A model generated the notes under the pieces. The model was not told the DNA's origin. It saw only the letters and a program-made list of their open reading frames with translations, and did no database searches. A stretch of 64,000 bases of DNA, taken from Trichoplax adhaerens (taxonomy: Eukaryota; Animalia; Placozoa). The stretch lies in the NCBI RefSeq assembly GCF_000150275.1, contig NW_002060950.1, forward strand, positions 3,028,596 to 3,092,595, written 5' to 3'. Shown one piece after another: positions 1-10,604 of the stretch; position 1 is the stretch's first letter; each line of letters starts with the position of its first letter. A program made the position numbers and the translations under genes.

Positions 1-141
1 CAGTAAATCTGTAGAAGACAAAATTATATTTTAAAATAAACTTTTTTGCACGCTATCTTTTCAAGACTTTACAATTGAATTGTAAAGTAGATTAAACAAT
101 TTTACATCTTTAAGCAAATGTATGATTTTTGTATACCTTAG

Positions 142-3100
142 TCCAAATTCGTATGTTTTATACGCCTATGGAATAGAAGACCATGTCAGAGAGGTATTAT
201 ATTATGCTTTAATACATAGCAGAATATATTGAACTGATTGAATGCAACTACTGAAAGACTTTTAGAACGAACAACCAGATAATCTAATGCCGCTTGCTTT
301 TATACTCTCCGCAGCCTTCGCAGCTGCATACTCTAGCATAGAGTCAACAATTAAAATCTGTTATTATGGGCTACTAAATATGTCGCAAGATAAATATAGA
401 AACGATACTACCGCACATCGTATTAAACATGACTAATAGCCTACACTTACAATACATAGTTACTTTACAATTACATATTCTGTATGGTGTATTTTAAAAG
501 TTCTAGTTAGGCCTATAATATAGTAAGTGCTGATAATAATTTTCTGATTTTCGTTAATAAGCACTGCTCATTATGTTTCTTAGGCGTTTCTAAAGAAAGT
601 TCGTGAAGTAAATAGTAATGCTTCCGTTAGCCTGACCAGATATACATGTAGCAGAATGAGCAACTGGAATTTTGCGTACGTAAGAAAAATGGAAATTCGC
701 TACGACATTGCTAAAAAATGACATTCAAAGCATTTAAGCTATATCTATCTCGTAGCTTATACAAAGAAATATTGCGTACATATGAAGACGTAGTTTCATT
801 TCCTCAATATTAAAATCTAACTAAATCCAAAACCATTTTAAATCCTATAATATCAAATATTATAGCTGTATCTGTTTAATGATGTAAGGGATTTCTATAT
901 TAACCGGTAACATGAGTTATTGACTATTCATTTGTTCGTAATCGACATTTAGGGAATTGAGTATACCAACGCAAGCGGCCGCTGTTAACTTGATGGCTGC
1001 TTTTAAAAGTTTAGGACCTGGAAATAATGGCCTAGGATTAAGATTATTTTGGCCTGAAGAAATAGAAAAACAAAGGTTGCAAAAATTAAATAATAGCCAG
1101 CTAAACCTTTTATCTTCATCATATAAAGGTGGTTGCCCCTGCTTTTACAACGCCATAGTCGAAGTTCGGTTAGGGCAATTTCCTGATTTATATCATGTTA
1201 AACGTCTTCTTTATAGGAAATTTACCACTAAAGTTGTAATTTTACTGATTTACTATTTAGAAAGATACAGGCTATGAAGAATATAAACAGTGTTTCATTG
1301 AAACCCATTAAAACTGCTATCATAATATCTGATCTTCCTGCACCATTGCATAAGGTTGATAAAGTCCATCGTAGTGATCTATCTCAAATCATATTATTAG
1401 TTAATAAAGTATTACAAAATTTGAAATATTTTTTTTGTTGATATCGTCTTGATCTCTATCCAACTCATCCGCAGATTGAGCTCTTCCACTTGGTCAATCA
1501 AAGTGGCTTAGTTACTTGCATGGAGATGATGGAATCCAAGAAAGCGTAATAAATGAGTCTATTTAAATGGACTAGTAATATACGTATTTATAAGTCGCTC
1601 TTATAACTACCAAAATAATTTCTATTGTTTGGAAATAAACTAATTATGATTTTAGTTGGAGATAGCATCTTACCGTAGTCATTATAAAGTATTAAGACAA
1701 GTTAATTAGTATGCTTTTAAGTACTTTGGGATTTTTTATAGTTAGTCTGATGAAACCTTGATGTCTTAATTTTTTGACCTTATTAATCATTTGATTTCTA
1801 GATTTGCATCTTTAATTGAATTGCTTATAAATCATTTAGTCTCTAGTTCACGATAATTTCTATATACCATAATATATCATTTTTGAGCAATGGCATGTTT
1901 ATAATTATGATGAAATAAACATATATTATTTCAAGCAAGATATATTATGCTATACATACTTAGTGTTTCTACTTTTCTATTAGGCGCGTAACCTATCTTG
2001 AACAATCTGATGCTATTATCGCTTTTTTGTGCTTGGATAACTTTGAAATCTGTTCTAATCATCGGATTGTTCTGAAATTTGATGATTCTGATTACTCAAA
2101 GCTCTTGAAGGATGAGGTTGATCGACTTCAAAATCTTATTCAAGATCAGGATAGTGGCAGTAGCAGATTGTTGCCCCAGCAAGCTGTGCTAGTAAGTGGA
2201 CAAAGAAAAGATTCCTCTGTCAATCAACTAGAAAGCACGACTTGCGCTGGGCAAGATAAGCAAACTCATTTAATAAATAAAAATCAAGGTAATGGAAACA
2301 TCGATGCTAGCTATAAAATCGAAAAAACGGTAGAAAATAGTACAGAAATGGACAACCCTAGTAGAGCTAGTCAAGGAAATGCTGGAAAAAAAATAGGTAG
2401 GAATAGCTAAAATACGTTTGTTGCTCAAAAGAAAATATGTGCTATTATTTATATAAGCGTAATTTTAATTATTTTGCAATCATGTAAATGATCTTGATGA
2501 ATAATAAATAGAATTGAATTTATACGAGTATATTGTAAGTATAACTCACTATTCAACCTTCTAATGTGCGGGTATCTTTTTTAATGCTACAGTTCAGCAA
2601 GAATATGATTTACCTGCGAATGTTTGTTTCCTTATTCAACAAGCTAATCTAGAACAGAAAATTAAAAATGAAGGCTATAACGTTTCTTTTACGTTTACAA
2701 ATGATGATCATGGATACCGGGTCATTGCACATATGATTGATGGCTCACAAAGTTATGTAATGAAAAAGTTGCTTGCGTACATGGTTATTGTAGAAAGTAC
2801 GGACAAATTACCGGTTAAAATAGGTAGTTTTCTAACTCAACAGGCTGAAATGAGAACTCTTACGAATAAAAAATTACGAGATTACGGATTGGAAGCTGGA
2901 ATCTTCTGCAAAAGAGATTCTCTTTCCATTTTAGCAAGGACCACAGAACTACATGATCAAGTGATTGCAATTTTGAAAAACATTTTTTGTACTAAGTCAA
3001 CAACCATTATCGGTGAAAATCTCCTCATACCACATAATGAAATCGAATTTCTATCAAAAATTCGAGGTGGCATTGCCATATGTAGCCAAGTCTTGTTCGA

Positions 3101-6100
3101 AATAAATAGTACAACTAATGGACACGCAATAACGGTTACAGGTCCAAGTAGCATCGTGGATGATATCGTAGATGATATTCATAAACTAGGAGAAGATTAT
3201 AAAATCGAGAAATTTGTTTTACCCAAATATCCAATTCTTATGACGGAATACCTTCGAGTGCACATGAAAGATATTATTCAAGAATTGGAAAACGAGTTTA
3301 GCTGCAAAATAAACGTCGAGGAAAAGCTGGAAAGTGACACATTCCTTTTAGGAACTACCAAAAATATTACTGTTAAATGTTGCCAAGCGTATAAAACGGT
3401 TGTTTCACAGATGATTCAAGATATTATGCAGAGTATTGCTGTAAAGAGAGAAGAATCGATAAGTAAGTATTCTAGAGTTGGAAGATTTATCATTTCGGAA
3501 ATAAATAAAACAAAATTGGACAAAATACAAAAGGAACTTCAGTGCTTTATTATCGTGGCAGATAATGATGGAAAATTAAGGTTAGAATCTATTCTTAGCA
3601 TCATTTCATAACGAAGTTGTTGTTTCATATATTCTGATGTGTGATGCTATATATCTGCTAACATTGATTAGCGTTATAAAGCAGCAGAGATGTTAAATTC
3701 ATCGATACTTTTCTATAACTAAAGTTACGGTTACATGATACTATCTCATTCATACTATTGGTGTGAAATTGTACTTTCGGTGAACAGTAGGTCCTATTCT
3801 GCAAGTTAGTGCTAATTTTGAGACAGTAGCAAGAGCCAATACTATGCAGCGATACAGTAACAATTTCGAATTGATAAATTTACCAAATAGATCGATTTAG
3901 GTGTACAACCGGAATACAGGTGTAGATCTGGTTTAAAACTAAAGCTACTGTATAGAGTTGCGTATAGTTCTTTCTACAATTTTCATATACGTCAATAACT
4001 ATATGTTAAAGGAGATTGAGACAATATTATTTAAAAGAGGATAACATGTAGTGTAGTACAGAAATTACATAAGTTCACGATTTAAAAATAACCAGAAAAA
4101 CAAGGTATGATACATGCAACGTAATAAGTAACATTTGAACACTATAATACAGTACAATAGTAAATGATTAATTACAAATAACTAATAATGATACTTATAA
4201 TAACAATTAGAGGTATGCACATAACGCAGAATGCAAGTGCTATAAAAGATGACAGTATAATTTTTGCTATGAAAATTGATTACTTGGCCAAAATTTCTAG
4301 ACTATCAGCAGAATCTCTAATTTTCTTTTCTACCTTCTTATTCCCATGGGCGTTAGCAATACTAAACTTAATCAGATAAAGATGCGTAGATCAGCCATGG
4401 ATATTTATAGATCACTTCAGCCACAGACCATGAACGAAACACCTGTAAAGACTGTGACCAATCTTATTAAGCCTACGCCATTTTCGTATAATAACGATAA
4501 TGAAGTTGAAATCAAGAGCATTACTATTAAATTGGTGAAAGGCACTATTGAACGAGAAGGAGCAGCTGTAAGATATCTGTCTACTCTTGTTCTATACTAA
4601 TACTTTAGTCGCTACTGCTGATAATGACCAAATTATGAATTGATTAGGAAACTGAAATGCTAAATTTTATTCTTCATTCATTCATTAATTATAGGCGGAT
4701 GTTATCGTTAACTCTGTGCTGCACGGGAATTACGCCTACGGTAGAATTGCAGTTGCATTAATCCAGGTCGGTGGAACCCCTTATTTATCTGAATGTATTT
4801 TGAAGTTACAAACTTTACAAAGCGACACTATTGGTTGTACAAATGGAGTCTACTTTGGTTGCAAGAAGGTGTATCATATTCCATTCTTATCTTCTGATAG
4901 GTCCTTGAAGGTTAGTACCGAAAAACATTGATGTTGTTTTTTTATTTGTAAGTTGTTGCTGCAAATTATAACTAGCATCAGGTAGTAACAAGTAAATAAA
5001 TGTTATATTATTCGACAATGCAAGCTGAAGCTATCGCTCAATCACATGTTTCTAATTGCTCTTATTTAGTGGCTTAGTGATCGTATTAGCGATTGCCTAA
5101 TTAAAGCTAATACAGAATTTATGAATTCGATATCAATACCAATTATTGGAGCTAGTCAAGCCGAATTAAATATTAATGACATTGCGGCAGAGATGTTAAA
5201 GAAATCCTTTGAATTTGCTCAAAAACAAGTTGGAAGCTTAAAAGAAATCAATTTTATTATTCATCCTACTGACATTAAAAGCTATACAGCTTTTAGTCAA
5301 GCCTTGAAAGCTAGCATAACCTCAATAAATCAGGTGAAGAATTCAAGCCAATTAACTGCATCTGCGAACAAATCAACAAATGATAAGAATGCAAATTGTA
5401 AAAATTATAGCCACCTGTTTTCAGCTATGTGCGAAACTACTGAAACACCCTTTTACATTAATGTTTATCATGGTACTACTTGCGATGCAACCACCGCTGC
5501 TATCTTAGATACGACAGCCTTATGCTCCGATCATAGCACTATAACATCTGATATTATGCAAAGTAAAGATGATGGACATAGTATGAAAACTCTGCAACTT
5601 CTCTCAAGCAAGGAATCGGGTCATAATGTGTACCAGATTTGTCCTTTTGGTTGCTTCGCTGGGCTTAGCACGGTTTTAGCTTATATTAATGCCTACGAAG
5701 ATAAATCTGTAGCTATTCCGTTATTAAGTGTTGAATTAAATTTTGGCCATGTCTACGACTTAATAAAAGCCATAGAAGTATTCATGCTTCATGCTCTTAA
5801 CGATTCAATTAAGATAAGTTCGATTGATTTCGTTATTGGTTACAAAGACCGAGCTTTGGAAATTGCAACTTGGATGGAGCAGAACATTGTTATAAACGCT
5901 GACTTATTGCACTTTGGATGGCAATTGATTAAAAATGTACCCACGAAAAAATTGGGTATAAAATTAGTTTTCGTCGCTCGAGATGAAAGTACAATTGCTA
6001 AAGCTAGGTCGAGAATTGAAGAATCTGCAAGTCTTTGGACATCTCAGAGGATGAATAATGAAGCTTATTTCGCCACTATTGACCAAAATTATTGGTATAA

Positions 6101-7516
6101 AATTGCATTACAGTTTTGGGATGAGTATAATATTATTTTAACACGTCAAAATCAAGGTACAATTGTAGATATACATGGATTGGAAGATGACATTTTCGAC
6201 TCTCTTTCAAGTATACACGAGTTAAGTAAAATCCTTGTTGAGGAGAAAACTCGCTATGAAGTTCAAAGATTGCGGGCAGATAGAGCCATGCACTACCAAA
6301 GCTTTAAGAACTGGCTCTCTGACGGAATTGCAAGGCCCTTTCAAAGATTTTCATCGGGTAAATTATATGTATTACTACTACAAAATAGCATTAATTTTAA
6401 TAAGCTATCCCTTACGGTCCAAAATAGTAATCCGGGTCAGTCATAACTAAAAATCTGTGTAGAAAACTGTGAATCTGATATTTTACAGAAATTAAAAATT
6501 TATGCTATAAAATAAAACTGTTTCTTTATAGACTAGCAGTAATTTCATTCCTGATAAGTAGCTGAATTGAAAACAAATTATTTTGTTTGATAATCTTACA
6601 AAAGATATCGCCATACCTAAGAATTGGGAATATCAAAAGCAGGATCAAATTAGAAATGGACATTTTCGTATATTGAATGTCAAGAATCAACAAGAAATAG
6701 CTGAAATAGCTAATATTCAAGGATTAAATGGGGTTACCATTAGGAAGTTGCAACGAATTCAAAATTGGAATTTATATAGGCGATACCATTTAATGAAAGC
6801 TGATGTAGCTAGAGCAGTTAAGAAGTATAAGCCAGAAGCTCAGGTTGAAAGACGCTTATTTCATGGCACTAAAGGAATAAACTTACCAAGTATAGGTAAA
6901 AATGGTTTCGATCGGGATTTCTCTGGAAAATCTGCAGGTTAGTTAAAGCATGCATAAAAGTGTGCCGAGTTGCATATTATTGCTAAATTAAGCACAATTT
7001 GTAACTATAATACTATATTAGAACTTAGAGTGGAGTAAAACAATCCATCATTAGTATATTTATATGAAATCTGTTTAAATACGAAGATTTATTTTTGAAT
7101 ATATAACATATATAATGACACACTATAGTCAAGTTAAAGTATAATTTGTAATTATAAAATAATATTACAAGTAAGAGTAGGGTAAGAGAATTCATCGTTA
7201 GCATTACAATTATCAAATTTATTTCTTGGTATAACTCTCTTATTTTATTTATTTTGCAGGTTCAGCGCTTGGTACTGGCACATATTTTGCTACAGATGCG
7301 AGAATGTCATTACAATATGGTAGCAGTCTTATCTTAGCACGTGTTCTAACAGGAATATATGGTGCTGCAGCTAGTAGCAACCAACCAAACTTATCTAGCA
7401 TTCCTGGAAGCAAAGGAGATCGAATTCATTCTGTTGTTAATGACGTTACTAATCCTTCTGTATTTGTAATTTCTAATGATAACTCTGCTTATCCAGAATA
7501 CATTATCCATATATAA
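142..7516 (+). CDS. PARP14: G1: PARP14-like macro-PARP mono-ADP-ribosyltransferase (2 RRM, KH-like array, 2 macrodomains, KH-like, ART; no WWE). First micro-exon lies upstream of the window. Symbol is family-level.
   Basis: Manually spliced GT-AG exons, frame-consistent: 142-193, 584-675, 953-1168, 1261-1354, 1475-1545, 1984-2396, 2593-3580, 4357-4567, 4695-4910, 5070-6357, 6605-6937, 7260-7516 (~1410 aa). Motifs: RRM1 VLYAYGI...WNFA; RRM2 AIIISDLP...ELFHLVNQSG...VTYLEQSDAIIAFLCLDNFEI; macro IKLVKGTIE|ADVIVNSV...KVYHIPF...SISIPIIG; ART LQRIQNWNLYRRY...RRLFHGT...GFDRDFSG|SALGTGTYFA...LARVLTG...PSVFVI...AYPEYII. Confidence 0.88.
6605..7516 (+). other. G1 PARP catalytic (ART) domain, H-Y-V mono-ART signature
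   Basis: HG at 6862-6867, GTYFA in the last exon, Val at 7460-7462 in PSVFVI; two exons 6605-6937 and 7260-7516. Confidence 0.9.
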
Positions 7517-10500
7517 TACGTATCCAGTAGGCAATAATCATCATAAGCTTTTATTTGGCTATCTATCATCAAAAAATGAATGTTTTCCGAAGTTTTGATA
7601 ATTGAATGGCTTACAACATAGTTATAGAAGACTAGAGTAGCTACCATATACAAACGTGGGTTATTGACAATGAGATTGCTATAGCTTTTAATTATTTTTT
7701 ACTTCTAATTGTAGTTAGATAAAGCTATTTCGTTGGCCATTTCGTGTACTATACGCGTATTGGCCTATTTTTCAAGTCATCTCTGTAATATTTTCTATTT
7801 GATATTTAAATCTACCTTATTAACATCTTTAACTCCAGTTAATTAACGGAATGTAATTCAAAATTTTATCTATTTCATAAGTGAAATTTGCAGCGGAATA
7901 GATTACATGCTCAATTGCTTGATTAAAGATAGGATGCTATGATGACGATTGAACCTTAAGAAGTACAATATATGTGTACAAGCTATCCTTTACTTCACTT
8001 CTTTAACGTCTGTAAATTTATACTATTATAAGAACACATATTATGACTTTGATTTGAGATTTTGACTCATAATATGTGATTAGAAATCGTAGATTTAAAA
8101 TCAGATAGCTAAATTATATCATTATTACAATAAATTAAAGTATTGGAACTATCGCTTTATTAGCAATCTATTTCTTGAGTAGTAGGCTTACATCTTAGCA
8201 ATGTTGGTGACAATAGTTTTCCTCAATGATTTTTCTGAGTCCGCAGGCAAAGTTTTATTCAATTTATACCAACGTTGGGAAAAAAAAGTTATTATTGTGA
8301 TCAATCTGATTGCATGGCATCATTTTATTGGCTATAAGTTAGGACACTGTTATAGAAGATGAAGTAAAAGTTGTTTTATTGTAATTAAAAGATTTTTGAC
8401 CTAGTGTGGAGCGGTTCTTCAGTATTTATCTGGCTAAGATAGTTTCATTAAATACATAGTGATTAGAGACATTTAGTAGCCTCCAACTTAGAACTAGCTA
8501 AGTAGCTATATTTTTAATATGGAAATTACCTGTGATCATGGTAGATTATAACAGAGGGTGTTTTTGTAGTTAAAGATGATGCTAAAACGAACCGTTAATT
8601 AGTGATAATGGCATATGTTAAATTCAGAAAGAATGATTTTTGTTTACCCGGTGCCCTTACTTTCTATTCTACTGGTGATAATCACACTAAAATTTTTCCC
8701 CTTTTAGGATTATAATCGAGTCTATATTTAAGAGTCTTTGTAACAGTAAAGTATTATGTCGTGTTAGATGAACAATTTTGCTAAATCGAAGCTTTTATTT
8801 CTAGGTAGCGCTGATAGTGTTTATTAATTCTTGTAATTCTGCCGCATGTAAAAGCTAAAGCCAAACTGCGTTATGATATTGACGGTTTAGAGATGATGTT
8901 GTCAAAGTAAACACTTATATTTAATTAAAGTAGGAGGTGGGTCTTGGGTGCTATTATTTAGGAAAGGAGGACCACCCACGGATGCTTTCTGAATGCAATA
9001 GGATATAATATAATAGTAGTTTATCAAACTTTCTAGAAAATCGACTACTTTCTATAGTCTGGCAAGCATTTGGCAATTCTAGCACCAGGTTATAGCCTGT
9101 CAGAAATGATAGAATTAAGAAATGTAGACGTACCAACAAAAGCTGCTGACATAGGCATAATTTTTGATGACTGTTTTTTAGCGAAAAAAAAAGTGATTTA
9201 GAATTGTAACGTTGCTGTAATTTCATTATGAACTACGTAAGTTTATAGTGTATGGTTTCTTAACCTTATTACGGTATTTCCCACCACATAACTACTGTAT
9301 TTAACTGAAATCACGACAAGCTTGAAATCTTGTAAGGATTCATTTAAATCTCTGCATACAGCTCTATATGCTCGTACTGTATATTAAAATGGATGCGAAA
9401 TTGACATATAGATCAGCATGTTAAAAATTTGCTTGTGCAATCATCGATGACGATGAGAATAAATATAGCAAACTATTCCACCATATTTTATCCGATTCTG
9501 AGAAACGGATTCGAAAATTAGAGATAGAAATAGCTAATAGATATGCTTCATGACTAAAGTATCGATAATAATAGTCTATGACCAAATGCCAATGTTTGAA
9601 GAGTTAGTATGCAATGCGGAAGCGGTATCTTGTGTTATGCTAATTCTTCTATATTCCCAGTAGGATCGTTTATGCCACCTATAAAGTAAACGAAGCCAGA
9701 AATCGAAGCAGTCTCTGTGGGCACACTTGCAAACGAATTTCAATCTGTGATGGTCTACTTTTGACACTAGATTAATCATATAACCACATTACTTTAGTAT
9801 GCATTCGATGATTATATTTGTATAGAATCAAACAAAACTGATTCCGTACGTTCCATAGTTACTATTGGCGTAACATATTTCCAGGCTTTGTTTCCTAACT
9901 TTGGTGACAATAGTGCATTCTGGTAATATCAGACTAGGATCGCTAGTTAACATTTAAATTTAAAATACCACATCTCACCAATTTAGTATTCCTAGATACT
10001 AGAAAATTGACTCTATCCAATACATGCTTATCAGGATTAGTAATTTAAACTTAAGGTAGGCTTTCTTTGATAGCTGCAATGGCTTGAGTCCATTCTGGTT
10101 ATATCGGACTGAGATCGATAGTGAACATTTTGGACTTCAAATACTTAACTTCACTAATTCAGTATTATTATATAATAAAAAGTTGACTTGAAATCAACAC
10201 AGGAATATTAGGATAAGTAATTTAAGCGCTTAAATCGATAAACTAAATGCTGTCGAAATATTTTACTTGCTAGATTTCATTCTTGAAATCAACGCTGCGT
10301 GAGTAGATCGAAAAATTAAATGCTTCATTAATTAATGCCTTTATAGTGATTACTGTAGCCCTACCAAGCTACTACCACCATACAAAGCTAAATCGTGTAG
10401 AAAGTCACCAGTTGGGAAAATAAAGAAATCTATCCAAGTATTACTACTTTAAAGCTATACTACTGCAAAGTTTACTATCCTTGGAATCATCACCTTTCCC

Positions 10501-10604
10501 TAATTTATTCTTGAAGATTAATATCGTGAAATTGATGCTACCACTATTATCCTGGGAAGGAATTGATGCTATAAAGCTGAGTAAACCTTTGCACCAGTTA
10601 ATTC

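Noticed and set aside
5467-5478. YHGT in G1 (YHGS in G2) resembling a second ART signature
   Set aside because: The context matches the first strands of a macrodomain; no downstream GxYFA or PEY motif.
7517-10604. Short ORFs in spacers (8954, 9576; also 17018, 19761, 21377, 25095, 33954-36634, 53323-56904)
   Set aside because: No family motifs and no consistent splice chain; expected by chance in AT-rich DNA.
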